Shown here one piece after another: positions 15,592-30,205 of a stretch of 64,000 nucleotides of DNA. The number at the start of each line of letters is the position of its first letter. The stretch's first letter is position 1. The notes under the pieces are model-generated. The model made no database searches, was not told the origin of the DNA, and saw only the letters and a list, made by a program, of their open reading frames with translations. Location: assembly GCA_964016885.1 (NCBI GenBank), contig OZ024742.1:130634001-130698000 (forward strand), written 5' to 3'. The stretch comes from Eledone cirrhosa. Its lineage: Eukaryota. The translations under genes and the position numbers were made by a program.

Positions 15592-16706
15592 TAATTAAAA
15601 GTATAGTTCGCTAAAAAATAGATTGATGTGTGATATTTATCTGACAAGCTATCCAAGTGTGAATTTGACAATCCAACAAGCTGCTACCTGATGATGTAAA
15701 GTAGCGTTTTCATATGGATTTAGATGTTAATCTTTTTTCTTATTTGTATAAAAAATAAGACATAGTCTTGTGCATTGAAACATCCTAAGACTCCATCCAC
15801 ATGCCACTATCAAACGTTCATATTTGTTAATTTTAGTTAGGATATTTTTTATAGAGATTATATTTAACACGTGCAACATTGAGGATTACATTTTAACTTG
15901 GAATACACTAAAAGGTGTTGTGAACTGACGGATGATTATGGAAAGATTACGAAACACGACCAATCCAATTCTATCCAGGGTCTTCTCACATCTCTTAGAG
16001 GAACCCCTCACTGGTTGACCTCCACCACTTTCTGTTTGTTTTTTTGGTCATGTTTTCAGGGTTGTAGCCGAAGTCATTTGAGAAGCTATTTAACCCATAG
16101 TTGGGGTAGATGGTTGTTGACTCTGAGGAGTTCATCGGCCAGTTTAACAGCTTTTGTTTTGTCTGCTGGTAGGGATCCACTTCCCTCCAGGGTCTGGTGG
16201 GACAGCCGGTTTAGTCGCCGACCACTGGACCATGAAGTATGTTGTACTGGGTTACATGGTATCAGTAGCAGACAGAAGCTTGACTTGATATGAAATATGA
16301 CCACCGACGTAATATTGCAGTTTGTGACTCGCTGTAAGATCTCAGATTTACAGTATATCAAGAAACAGTATATAAAGAAACGGGAACAAAAGCACAGAAG
16401 AAACACGGACAAACTAAAAACAATGCTTGCTCCTTCAGCCATCGATAGTGCATATACATATATATATAGTCTCTGGTGCTGAGAGCGGGGAAACCACGAA
16501 TCAAGGGAGTACTCCATGCATGGGAAGAAGCAGAATTAGTATAGAGAAAGGTCAAAATCCGACTGCGACGCCATCTGTAATCGCTTGGCGTCGCGGTCGG
16601 AGGTTTCACTTCCAGCCCCTCCTCTCTCCCTCTCTCTTTATATAAACATGCGTATATATATATATTCGCCAACAGCCTGGAGGGTTGTATTTTTGCAAGT
16701 TCAGTA

Positions 16707-16784
16707 CAGGGTGCGGTAGAAAAAAACTCCCATATTTTACGCGGTCAACCATTAAAATATGAGCGGTATTTTTGCTGCACCCTG
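16707..16784. mobile_element. 78-bp Tc1/mariner-type MITE
   Basis: TA|CAGGGTGCGGTAGAAA ... TTTTTGCTGCACCCTG|TA; TIRs with TA TSD. Confidence 0.65.
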
Positions 16785-17319
16785 TATAATCTCTAAGAAT
16801 AATATTCTTATCCGACATCGTCGTGCAGGAAAAAAAGTGTCCAGTGAGTTTTGTGCAGACTCAAGGACAAATCCTAGCGAACAACTTATTTGACATGACC
16901 AGTAACAGCGGTGCTCTCCTCAGCTTCTAACTTTAATATTCGGTATACGCGCTAAGGACACTTCATTTGAAGACAGGGTTGTGTAGTAACCGAGTTAGAT
17001 GAGATATTAAATCAGAAATTCAATTCATGGATCATGTATTCATATCCGTTTTGCAGATGTTTCGTTCGGTGTATAACTGAGAAGGGGCCTTAGTTCAAGC
17101 CTAACATGATCAATAAATACATGCGTCGGTTCACGTATTCGTCAGAAATTTCAACAGAAGATCCGAGAATAATCTTAAATTCCATTCCAATTCTGATTAA
17201 AGTAACGAGAGGGAAATTATTACAGTCGCTCATCCGTTAAAAACATCCTCTTATATGTATCCTCTGTACACAGATTAGCAGGTCTCATCGCTTTCGAATA
17301 AACCGATGGCTGATTGCTT

Positions 17320-17855
17320 ATATATACAGTGTGTACATATGTGAATGTACATATATATATACAGTGTGTATATATGTGAATGTACATATGTGAATGTACA
17401 TATATATACAGTGTGTACATATGTCAATGTACATATATATATACAGTGTGTATATATGTGAATGTACATATATATACAGTGTGTACATATGTGAATGTAC
17501 ATATATATACAGTGTGTATATATGTGAATGTACATATATATACAGTGTGTACATATGTGAATGTACATATATATACAGTGTGTATATATGTGAATGTACA
17601 TATATATACAGTGTGTACATATGTGAATGTACATATATATACAGTGTGTATATATGTGAATGTACATATATATACAGTGTGTACATATGTAAATGTACAT
17701 ATATATACAGTGTGTACATATGTGAATGTATATATATATATATACAGTGTGTACATATGTGAATGTACATATATATATATACAGTGTGTACATATGTGAA
17801 TGTATATACATATATATACAGTGTGTACATATGTGAATGTACATATATATATACA
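17320..17855. repeat. 33-bp minisatellite, about 16 copies
   Basis: Unit ACAGTGTGTA(C/T)ATATGTGAATGTACATATATAT; starts at 17608, 17641, 17674. Confidence 0.95.
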
Positions 17856-17956
17856 TCTGTTTGTGATGTGTGTCGCTGTAAGTGCGTATGTATGTGTATG
17901 TAATTATTTAGATATTGCCATCATGTCACCCATAATAGAATAGAATCTTCAATGTT

Positions 17957-18035
<79 letters not shown>

Positions 18036-18245
18036 ATGTATGTATATATGTACATGAATACATACACACACATATATATATATGCATGTTTTTTTCGAGG
18101 AAATACTGGGATTGAGTTGAGAGAAAACCATTTTGGTAATTGGTAATTGAAGTTAATGATTACACAATGGATATATATACATATATATATACACAGATAC
18201 ATACATACACATATATATATATATACACAAATATCCCCCTATATT

Positions 18246-18280
<35 letters not shown>

Positions 18281-18381
18281 TTGTGTATATATATATATAT
18301 ATGTATGTGTGTGCGTGTGTATGTATGTATGGGTGTATGTGTCTGTATATGTATATATATATATTTATATATATATATATA

Positions 18382-18481
<100 letters not shown>

Positions 18482-19148
18482 AAGAAAGAGAGAAACAATT
18501 AATTATTTTCTCATCTGAACTTAAGTTTCCGTAGCATATGACAACCCAGTCATGTTCTTATGCCTGCATCCATACATTGTGAATGCATGTGGTGTAGTGG
18601 TTAGAGTGTTCGGCTATGGTTGTGAGTTCGATTCCCGGTGGCGCGTTGTTGCCTTGAGAAGGAAACTTTAACTTATGTTGCTCCAATCCATTTTGCAGTC
18701 AGAAATGAGTTAAAAGGCCTTTTTCATATATTGTGCCACGCTGAATCTCCCTGAGAAGTATCTTAGTGGTACACTTGTCTGTGGAATTTTCTGCTATTTG
18801 CAACTTGCTACAGATGAGTGGACTGGAGTAACGTGAAATAAAGTGTCTTACTCAAGGACACAATGCAATCGAATTCCCGACCTTAAAATCACGAGCCGAA
18901 TACCCGAATATCTAGGCGTGTGTGTTGGATGGACCAACGGAAGGCACTCTGTTGCCTGTCACCAATATTGAGTCAAGCTCATGGCCATGACATTAAATAG
19001 AAACAGTAAAGTAAGAGCCACTCACTGGTGTAATCAGCGACATCACTAGAGACCAGGCAAATGTTATCTTATAGATCTGACTTCCATTCGTTCAGTGCTT
19101 CTAGCTTCAAGATGAATATGCTTCACCACCATCCATACAATCCATGTA

Positions 19149-19218
<70 letters not shown>

Positions 19219-19225
19219 TATATAT

Positions 19226-19271
<46 letters not shown>

Positions 19272-19284
19272 GTATTTGAATATA

Positions 19285-19364
<80 letters not shown>

Positions 19365-19490
19365 TATATACATATATATATATATATTTCGTTTCTGAAT
19401 TTGGAACCAACCAACCGGAAATTTATAATAAATTGAAGTGAAAGCAACTGGTGCGTGTTTCTTATTGGCAACATGACTCTCCCAAAGCAT

Positions 19491-19569
<79 letters not shown>

Positions 19570-19753
19570 CGTTTAGGAATAAACAAAGAGTGCTTAGAAT
19601 TACATTGTTTTATTTGCTAAGCACTCTTTGGTTATTCCTAAACGTATAACGGTTCTGTAGCATACTAGTTATCCTACATTGAGCTAAAACCACACTGTCA
19701 TTCCAAGGGCAATATATCTGTGTTTCTGTGCACATTGATATACTTGTCAACGA

Positions 19754-19848
<95 letters not shown>

Positions 19849-20210
19849 CTTCTTACTTCCTCCCGTTCGCTAGGAGTCAGATTTTCTTTCTTTCTCACAT
19901 CTCATTCACAGCGAAAGGTCTGTTTGCTACACGCTCATGAATTCACCCAGTTTATACTGATCGAATAACCATGTTGCTTGTTTTTCTTCCCATCTTCGGT
20001 TAGCTTTCCCTTCGTGTTGTTTACTTGTCTCACTCGCTTTACGCGTTTCACTTGTCCCAATAACTTATTTTAGTTATTGCTCGCACCAACGTGAGGTATA
20101 CGATTTTTAATGCGATGAAATACCAATGATCGTTGGCAAATCACTGATGAGGGACTAATTTTATAATATGTAATCCATGTGCAACCATGCAGTATTCTTC
20201 TCCCCATATT

Positions 20211-20249
<39 letters not shown>

Positions 20250-20774
20250 CATACATATATATATACATTATATATAAAATTTAATGTAGAAATGGCTTCT
20301 ACAGGACTAGAACTGTTTTATTCGAAAGTCATTTCTACATTAAATTTGCTGCTTACATTTTACTTTACTAATGTATTGAGTACCTTACTTACTGTAGTTA
20401 CCACCGATTGAACCCGATACACACACATACACACACACACACACACATACACACACATATAAAAAGGTAGATTTGGCACAATCGTCAGAGCGTTGGACAT
20501 TTGTTCCGGGGTTCTTCTTTCTGAGATTAAATGATAGTCTAGTGCTGGTGCAGTCCCATTTCTTTCCAACTGGATTTTCCGCTAGGTTAATAGAGGGAGG
20601 GTGAAGTGTATGTCTGCGTCTCCACGTGACTGCATGAGCATTTAAAACCTTAGGCGAAAGCTTGGTACATACTCCTACTAAATCATACTTGATTTTGGTG
20701 GAAAGATTGTAGTGTGTACGCGCGCGCGGGTGTGTGTGTGTTTTTGTGTGTGTATGTGTGTGCGTGAGTCTGTT

Positions 20775-20815
<41 letters not shown>

Positions 20816-21568
20816 TTTTGTCTTTGTGTGTGTGTGTGTCTGTTTGCGTTTGTGTGTGTGCGTGTGTTTGTGTGTGTGTGTGTGTGTGTGTCTGTTTGTG
20901 TTTGTGTGTGTGTGTGTGTGTCTGTTTGCGTTTGTGTGTGTATGTGTGTGCATGTGTGTGTGAGTGTGTGGGTGTGTGTGTTGGCCTAGGTTTGAGGCAA
21001 GGAGCAATAACCTCCCAGAGTGTAAAAACAAGATGGCGTTCCCTTTTTGATTAAACTTATTTTATATTAACCAACTACCTGAACTATTTCTGTCAGGTGA
21101 TGTAATTTTTATTGGCTATATTTTGTTGTTGTGTTTATATGTTATATTTTTGTTTCCACCATTAACATTTTTTTTTACTATCTTTCTTTTTTTTTAAATA
21201 TTTATTTTTAGCCTTGAGAGCAATTTTCAATTATAATTAAATTGAATTAGATTAAATTGAGTTATATTTGATTAAATATCCACGTATATGTGGGTGTATG
21301 TATGTATGTATATATATATGTATGTATGTTTGTACCTATGTATGTATATATGTATCTGTGTATGAATGTGTGTGTGATTGTATGTATGTACATATGTGTG
21401 TAGGTATGTATTTATGTATGTGTTTATGTATGTATGTATGTGTGTATGTATGTGTGTATGTATGTGTGTATGTGTGTGTGCGTGTATGTATGTGTGTGTA
21501 TATCTATGCATGTTTGTATGTATTTATGTATGTGTTTATATATGTATGTGTTATTGCATGTATGTATG

Positions 21569-21623
<55 letters not shown>

Positions 21624-22135
21624 ATGAATGTGTGTGATTATTTGTATGTATGTATGCGTGTATATATGTACATATGTGTGTTTGTATGTATTTATGTATG
21701 TGTTTATGTATGTGTGATTGCATATATGTATGTATATATATGTATGTATGTGTGATTGTATGTATATGTGTATGTAGGTATGTGTATAATGTATGTAGGA
21801 TTGTATTTATGTTTTTGTATGTATGTATTTATGCATTCATGTATGTGTGTATGTATGTGTATATGTATGTATTTATGTATAAATGTGTGTGTGTATATGT
21901 AAAATGTATGTATGTGTGTAATGCATGTATGCATGTATGTATGTGGCGTATGTATGTCTATATGTATGTATTTATGTATGTGTGTATGTGTGTGTGTATA
22001 TTCACACACGCACGCACACACACACACATATATATATGCATGTGTATATATATATATTTGTCTGTCTATATATCTATGTATCTCCCTCTCTCTTTCTTTC
22101 TCTCTCTTCCTATATATATATATATATATATATAT

Positions 22136-22703
22136 TATAAAATAACAGGAGGCTGGACTGGTGTAATTCCTTAAAAGGTTTATTATACTATGATAATTTC
22201 AATGGCCGGGTTCAGTATGAATCCGGTGACATCATCACATATTCGAAATATAACAAAGGAATATAATCGACAAAATCCATGGGGCCGAAAATCAGTGACA
22301 CGAGGGCGACCGAATATTTAACAGATTGAGGGACTTGAGGGCGGCCGACCGGGGTTGAAGCTGCTAAATGTTCGATCACCCTCATGTCTATAAATGTTCG
22401 ATCTCTGATTTTAAGCCCCATGGATTTTGTCTATTATATTCCTTTGTTATATTTCGAATAACTGATGATGTCACCGGATTCATACTGAACCCGGTCATTG
22501 AAATGATCATAGTATAATAAACCTTTTAAGGAATTACACCAGTCAAGCCTCCTGTTATTTTATAATAATTAACTCCGTACTCGCACCACTAACTACACAA
22601 ACGAAGACGGGTGAGTTGCATTACGTTGAGTGCTCTCCATAATATTACATCGATGTTGACCATACGGAATGACCAGTTCTATCTAGTGGTGCACCAACAA
22701 ACC

Positions 22704-22705
<2 letters not shown>
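22136..22705 (+). mobile_element. Fold-back PLE-like element, family F; HHR at 22458-22515 (+)
   Basis: Arms ~22136-22298 and ~22403-22565; CTGATGA-TGTCACCGGATTCATACTGAACCCGGTCATT-GAAA-TGATCA-TA-GTAT then AATAAA; between (TA)n tracts. Confidence 0.75.
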
Positions 22706-22751
<46 letters not shown>

Positions 22752-23426
22752 CCTATATACATACAGAGACACATAGTACACTTTAGGTAAAGTTTCTTAG
22801 TTATCATTAATGATGACAAGTTGTAGAGAAGGAGAGAGGGCAAGAGGAGCATAAGCTGAAAGACGAAACAACAACAACACCAACATCAACAACAATAACA
22901 ACAAGGAAAAAGAAGGAGAATGGTGATTTTATTGTTATTCCTGTTGTGTAAATGCTGTAGTATGGCCGAATGGTTAATAAGTTTCCTTAGTAATAATTAG
23001 AACCTGGGTTTGATTGCACTGCGTAGCACCTTGGGAAAGTATCGATTATCATAGACTCCGGTCCATCATCCATGCCTTATGAGTGATGAAAACGTATTGG
23101 AAGTCCGTTGGATGAACTATAGATACCTCTAATTCAAAGACCCTGCCATTCCACAAGTTGTGCCACATTGAATTTCTTCGAACAAATGGAATACTCCTTG
23201 TCGAAACAGACGGTGGTCTATTCATTCCATTTTCTTTGGATGGTAAATTGGAAGAATTATTACAGCGCTGGACAAAATACCTTGGGATATTTGTTGCTGT
23301 AACTTACATCCGGAGTTCAAACCTTGCATTTGTCAACTTAAAACACGTAACATGATTCTCATTCAACAGCTCGTAATACGAGAGACAAGTTTGTAACCGA
23401 AACTGATAAAATGACAGGTCAGTCAA

Positions 23427-23665
23427 TCATATTGGTGGCCTCCCAACAGCCCCAGCGGATAGAATAGAGAAGGTGTTTCCCCGGAGGACGGCAAGGGAGA
23501 CGCGCTGGAAAAGCCATTCCAACTCGCGGGGCTCACACCTGCGGCTGGCCAGCTCAGCGCCTATGGTGGTGAGTAGGGAGGTAGCCCCAGGGCCGAGGAC
23601 ACCAGAAGTCTCCACTGTCAAGGGTACAACCGCAAACTTGTCGGAGAGCGACCGGTATTTGAAGC
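23427..23665 (-). mobile_element. CRE-like non-LTR retrotransposon 3' fragment (restriction-like endonuclease C-terminus)
   Basis: KYRSL...VVPLTVETSGVLG...FQRVSLAVLRGN. Confidence 0.75.
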
Positions 23666-23817
23666 TTTGATTTTCATATATTCGACATCGAGAAAATAAG
23701 TACGAACCTGAAAAGGGAAGAAATAAAAAAAGCAGGATGATGACATATGGAACGCCTTCGATTATTGAACTGCCCAATCAATTCTGGCATAGAACTAAAC
23801 AACACCAACAACATAAT

Positions 23818-23999
23818 TGTTTCTACTTTTGGCACAAGGCCAGCAATTCACCAGTGCATTACTGGTACTTTATTACATCGACCCCGTAAGGATAAAAGGC
23901 AAAGTTAACCTCGGCGGGATTTGAACTCAGAATGGAAAGGGCCGTAACTCTATGCGTTAAAGCATGGCGTCCGACCCTCTACCGATACTGCAAATCCAC
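23818..23999 (-). mobile_element. SINE family 1 with TSD
   Basis: Full copy flanked by AACAACATAAT at 23807-23817 and 24000-24010. Confidence 0.85.
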
Positions 24000-24076
24000 A
24001 ACAACATAATGATACGTTACATTGTCACAGCCGAATTTTGTAAGGAATGGCAAAAGTTGAATGAAATGACTAATTA

Positions 24077-26014
24077 CGCTGGTCAACAATTTTTGAAAAG
24101 TTGTGTACTTCTTAAATGAGATTATTTAATTCTTATGTATTTTCATGTCCTGAATTCAAATATCACCTTGATAAATGTTTATTAGCTACAGGCTTAAAGA
24201 TACATGATATGTCATATTTGATTATTTTATAACGTACAATATGTGTCATTATGTTTTAAGCTCTAGTCCGTATATAATATCTACCTATTTGCTTGACACT
24301 TATAGTGGGCTGAAGAATCATCTCTTGCCAATGTCCAGTAATAGTTTGCAAACATTGTTGCGTTCCATTAGCCCTGGTACCGCTTTTCCCTGGTTGAAAT
24401 ATCTTGGTGAAACCTATCACCATGTTTGTCACTAACTGTTCCACTGTTTGCTGGAAAAATAGTCTAAATGAGATTCCCAAAAGTGGATTTTAAGTGACAT
24501 GTTACATCCCATATTCTTGTAAGCCTTGATGAGGTTCTCCACCAATTCTTCATAGTTCCCCCCCTTCTGTTTCCAAGAAATCTCCTTGTCACTAACTTGA
24601 ATGCTTCCCTAGCAGGTTTCTCCTCCCCATGAAGGGCTGATTCAAAGTCATCATCTTTATGAAACTCTTGAATCTGAGGACCATTGAAGACTCCCTCTTT
24701 TATTTAGAGTCAGTTAGTGAGGGGAATTTTGATGTTAAATACTTGAATCTCTGACTGGATTTGTCCATAGCTTTTATAAAGTTTTTCATGAGCCCCAGTT
24801 TTATGTGTAGAGGTGGTAGCAACATTTAGTTTGGTTCAGTGAAAGGTAGATGTTGAACATTTTTCATCCTAGGCTCCAATGATTGATGAGGTGGTCAGTC
24901 TCTCCTGATATAGTGGGAACCTCTTGCACAGCAGTCCTATATACACAGAAAGCAGAAGTACTCGGCGTATCCACCATGCAAGCCCATTACAAGAGCAACA
25001 ACCTTTAAATCACCACAGAGCTGCCATTGATGTTCATCATATTTTATGCATTGCAATATATGCTTTATATTCTCATAAGTTTCTTTCATATGTGATGCAT
25101 AGCCCAGAGGAATTGATGGTTCACTATTGCCATTATGCAGCAAGACACATTTCAGACAAGTTTTTGATGAATTTATGAGCAGTATCCAGTGACTGGGTTC
25201 GTATTCAATACCAAGTGCTTCCATCAGATCATTAATATTGTTGCAGGCCAATAAATCACCTTCATTATGAAGAAATTACTGAACTGCTGCTGACGGTCAC
25301 AAAATTTTGAAATCTTCACATCAGCTGTTAGGACATTCCACTCTGGAAGACGAGTCTTGCAGCTCTGCCTTATTCTTAGAAAGTTGTAGATCCCTGACAA
25401 GGACATGGAGTTCCCCTTGTGTTATGAGATGTGATCTAGAAAAGTGTGCTTCATTAAAATTTGGGTCACTCTGTAATCCAGCACTGTCATCCGTCTCTGC
25501 TTCCTCCCCATCACTTTATTCATCTGACTCGAAGGATACCAAAGTTGGTGCCTCAGGAACATGTAGACCTTCTCCGTGTGTAACTGGGCGAATAGCTGAC
25601 GGAATGTTTGGATATTCAATAGAATCCTTTTTCTTCTTTGACAAGCCCTTTATTACAATTGTTAGTCTGGTTTGTTGGCCCCCGCCACGACATTGGCACA
25701 GCAAAAGGTATTCATTTCCTCTTCCTGTTCAACCATTGGTGAAAGTTAATAGCACAAGTATTGCAGCATATATGAGGAGCCCACTTCTTATCGTGGTCGC
25801 CAATCTTGCATTCAAAATATAGGTGATATGCTTTTTTAACCATAGTAGTTATGCGGCGCTCCTGTGATGCAAAGATCACCTCATCACAGACCTATGTGTA
25901 TGTTGAAAAGTAGAGCTACCAAACAGCTTTAACCATGATATTTATTACCAGTAGCCTAAAATTAGTTGGAAATTGCTACTTTGGTCTCAGAAACATTTTG
26001 GTTGATGACCAGTG
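24077..26014 (-). mobile_element. Chapaev3-type (CMC) DNA transposon with decayed transposase
   Basis: Termini C(G)CTGGTCAACAA / TTGATGACCAGTG with TTA on both sides; frameshifted YPNIPSAIRPVTH, LVRDLQLSKNKAE, LKCVLLHNGN..PSIP, CGDLKVVA, LLPPLHIKLGLMKNFIKA. Confidence 0.8.
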
Positions 26015-26798
26015 TTAGCTATCCGCTATTTATTTAAAAAGGTGGTGAATTGGTAAAGGTGGTGAGTCGTTAGGACGCCAAATTAAACAAGGTTCAGAGG
26101 TCGACAAATAAAGTACCAGTACTAGGATTGGTTCTTTTTCTTTATCTAGAAGAAATCGGCAGTGTCTTGACTTGGAGAGAGTTGTTCTCGGCGAGTTTTA
26201 AAATGTCTAAGACATTTTAACCATTGCATCGAATAAAAGATAAACGTCTAACTTCTATCGTACTTGGAATAAGAACGTTGAATAAAAAGGCAAGACCTAA
26301 TACTGCAAGTCATTTAATCCAAATTTCTAATATTTTTGTTGTTGGTACGCCATCCATTGTTATACTGTTGTGTTCATTATGACAGAGATTTAAGGGCGGT
26401 GGAATGGTATTAACGGCCCAACGTCGGACAAAATACTTTGCGGTATTTTGTTACGACTTTTTACGTTCTGAGTTCAAATCCCACCGAGGTCAATTTCTCC
26501 TTTTATCCTTTCAGGGTCAATGATATAAAGTACCAGTTAAGTACTGGTGTCGATAAAATCGACTTTTCCCGTCTCCCAAATTGATGGCTTTGTCAGAAAG
26601 AAATATTTCAAGTGAATAGACAGGCTCATTAGCGCATCAGATAAACTGCATTTCTTCTTCTTCTTCTTCTTCTTCTTCTTCTTCTTCTTCTTCTTCTTCT
26701 TCTTCTTCTTCTTCTTTCCATTTTACCCTCACCCCCCAAAACAACAACAACAAAAACCAGCACTACCACCAGCACCAGCACCACCACCACCGCCACCG

Positions 26799-26870
<72 letters not shown>

Positions 26871-27165
26871 CAATGGCAATCGATATGATGTATGATTTAT
26901 TTAAGAGTCGCAACAACGAGAAATAATCGATGACAAATTAGTGAAATTGGAAATCAGTTTTGCCAATGCTTGCTCCTAATTTATACGACAGATAACACAC
27001 GCCCCCACACACGTACACATGCATTCACACGCATATATATATATATATATATATACGCATAAATGTACGCATATACACGCAAACGCATGCTTATATATAT
27101 ATATATTCATATGTATCATACACATGCATAGATACGCATAAATACGTGCACACGCATAAACACGC

Positions 27166-27196
<31 letters not shown>

Positions 27197-28268
27197 TATA
27201 CTCAAACATACACGTATAAACATGCATATACACCCCCGACCCCCCACATATATATATCCCTCTACATATACTCATATGCATTTATACAGACATATATACT
27301 GAAGTATATACAAACACATATATGAAAAAAAAAGCAAAAACAAATAACATCATTAATAAGCAGGCTAGCAGAAATTAGCTTCGTTTAAACCCTGTCACCC
27401 AGTCATGTCATTATTAGTTAACGCTAAATGAAAGATATTAAGAAATCGAACTGATTTTTCTAACATAATCCTACGTTAAGTCTAATGAAACACAAAGGGA
27501 TCGAACCAAATTAAGAAAATTCATATTCTGTAAATCAAAGGTCGCTTTACACGCGTGTGACCGCTTAAAATTAATAAGCAAGCCAATTATTTGATCTTTA
27601 CATGAAACGTACCACAAGAAAGCCAAGTTGAGAACGAATATAGCCTTTTTAACCTCGTTTCTCCAGCCTGGCATTTGATTGTAATGTCTGAGAGTCTTTC
27701 ATAGAATGTTGTGTCTCCACTTAAGGATCAATGGGTTATAGGGTTGAAATTTCTTCGTTAATAAAATGCCAATACCAATCTCATGCAATTTACTAAATTT
27801 CACAACGTATATAGAACAATCACAATTGGAACAAGTAATTATATTAAAGATGGTGTCAACAGTTATTCTTAAAATCATACATGACTTGTTGTTGCTGTTG
27901 ATGCTGCTATTGTTGTTGCTGTTAGTGCTGTTGCTGTTGTTGTTGGTGTTGTTCTTGATGGTAGCCAAAGAGAACAGAGTTAAATAAGTAGTAGAATGGT
28001 CGAAGGGTTGTTTTCAAATGACGATGGATCATCCGTCAGTTTCGGCGATGAATGTCCCCGCTGTCTCGTTAGATTAGGTGGTTGTATATTCCAGAGTCTT
28101 GTCTCCATTTAATCTATTTCTTAAGCCGAATCAGCCTGACACGATATACAACAAAGATGAACCTTTGAATTACATCCACATCTGATCTAATAAGATTCTA
28201 TATAGTTTCTGTCGATTTAATTTCATTCATGAGGTTGAGATGACCCGAAGCTATAGTAAAGATACTTA

Positions 28269-28308
28269 CCTAATCCTAACCCTAACCCTAACCCTAACAC
28301 TAACCCGA
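28269..28308. repeat. Short degenerate (CCCTAA)n tract
   Basis: About 6 imperfect units. Confidence 0.7.
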
Positions 28309-28859
28309 AACCTCATGTTTGCTAAGCGAAACTGTTATCCATTCAGTCATGACCTCGTCTTTTCTTTCAGTATATTTAGAAGAATGGATAAAAACAATTA
28401 ATGAGAGATGGCTTCTGCATGAAATAATATATAGTTAAGTGTAGGATATTTAAAAGGGGTTAGGGCTTTGGCTCACGATCGTAAGTTCGTGTGTTCGATT
28501 CTTAGGCAACGCTAAGGACAACGTTGTGTCCTTAGCGAGATACTGTATTTCCCGTTTCTCTACTCCACTCTGCTAACAAAAATGAGTGGTTCCTATAATT
28601 CAAAAGGACAACCACTTCACAGTGTCACACCAATTCCTCAATGAGAACTACGTTGAGCGGACACTAGTGGAATGCTCAGCCCCGTGTACGTTAATTACAC
28701 GAGAAGTCTATTCCGTTGTTTGAACACCTGGAACACTAGTCGTCGGAACCGACGGAGGCCCATCACCTTTTAAATAATTAATTGTTTCTACTTTTGGCAC
28801 AAGGCCAGCAATTACCCAGTACATTACTCCGATGGACGGTTTAATGATAGTCACTAAAA

Positions 28860-29095
28860 CGTTCACTAAGTATCGACTGCTCTTTGATAGGTTTGTGATC
28901 GAACCTATGGCAATGGAGACTTCCGGCGTTCTTGCCTTCTGGATCACATCCTTGCTTACTGCTATTGGAGCAGAATTGGCTGCCGGTCGATGCGAGCCCC
29001 AAGAGTTGCTGTTCCAGCACATCTCCCTCTCCATCATCCGGAGTAATATCTTCTGCATCCTGTCGACCAGGACCACGAGGCGAACTGATCCTTAA
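28860..29095 (+). mobile_element. CRE-like endonuclease fragment, diverged subfamily
   Basis: KYRLL...PMAMETSGVLA...LFQHISLSIIRSN. Confidence 0.7.
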
Positions 29096-29199
29096 GTTTA
29101 ATTTATGTTGTTGACATGTGAACTAGATTTACGTCCTGAAGCATAATTTGTAAAAAAGGTTTATTTACAATAGTTTATAACTTTGCCTATTAATCCGTA

Positions 29200-29523
29200 T
29201 GGTGAGAAAATGGGGTCCCACGTGCTGGTCTCCTCACTGCCCCGGCGGACAGGATGGAGAAGACGTTTCCCCGGAGGATGGTAAAGAGCCATTCCAACTC
29301 GCGAGGCTCACACCTGCGGCTGGCTAGCCCAGCGCCTATGGTGGTGAATAGGGAGGTAGCCCTAGGGCCAAGGACACCAGAAGTCTCTACTGCCAAGGGC
29401 ACGACCGCGAACCTGTCGGAGAGCGACCGGTACTTGGAGAGTGTGCCCTCCTCTACCCGACGTGCAGCTGTACCTTGGTTAGTCGCAGACTGCACCAGGA
29501 TGCGGCTGGAGAAAGTGTCGCTG
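29200..29523 (-). mobile_element. CRE-like endonuclease fragment
   Basis: DTFS...AARRVEE...KYRSL...VPLAVETSGVLG...ILRGN; close to the 23427 copy. Confidence 0.75.
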
Positions 29524-30018
29524 CAAAAAAAAAAAATCAGTTAAGCCTAATTAGTAAGAACGTGAAAACATTTAATAGATGAGATACACTTAAAAAAGAT
29601 AGAGGGAAACAAGAGTAAGATTACGTAACGAAGTCAATGACGTCACTACGTATGTAGTTATCTCATTCATTTCCCCTTATCTCTCTTTATCTGTTGTTCT
29701 GTGTTTCCTTTTAAAGTGTACCTTAAGGAATTTACATATAATGTTAATTTCACTTCATCAAAAGATTTTGTTTTAAATATTTAATTTTTGTGTGTATGTA
29801 CGTATGCAAGTATATATGCAAGTATATATGTATGCGTATCAACTTATGGAAACATACTTTCCTTGGTTTGATGTAACGATCAGTTTCTTCCCGTTTTTTC
29901 TTTTTGAAAAGTTGAACACAATTTAAAAATCTGGTGTTGAAGATTTTATCTATATTCCTATGATGGTTTGTGACATATTAGGAAACGCCTTAACGGCACG
30001 TCATTATTACTACCAAGG

Positions 30019-30205
30019 GTGGTTTGATTGGCAGTATCGGTAGAGGGTCGGACGCCATGCTTTGCAGCATAGAGTTACGGCTCTTTATGATCTGAGTTCA
30101 AATCTCGCCGAGGTTAACTTTGCCTTTCATCTTTACAGGGTCGATAAAATAAAGTACCAGTTATGTACTGAGATAATTGCTGGCCTTGTGCCAAAAGTAG
30201 AAACA
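30019..30205 (+). mobile_element. SINE family 1 with TSD
   Basis: ATTATTACTACCA at 30003-30015 and 30206-30218. Confidence 0.85.

Noticed and set aside
17320-17855. CRISPR-like 33-bp repeats
   Set aside because: No unique spacers; head-to-tail minisatellite in eukaryotic DNA
20141-20196. CTGATGA motif, and a similar trace near 6540-6590
   Set aside because: GAAA or core and stems too degraded to support a call
28269-28308. Telomere or chromosome-fusion scar
   Set aside because: Too short and degenerate, with no head-to-head array
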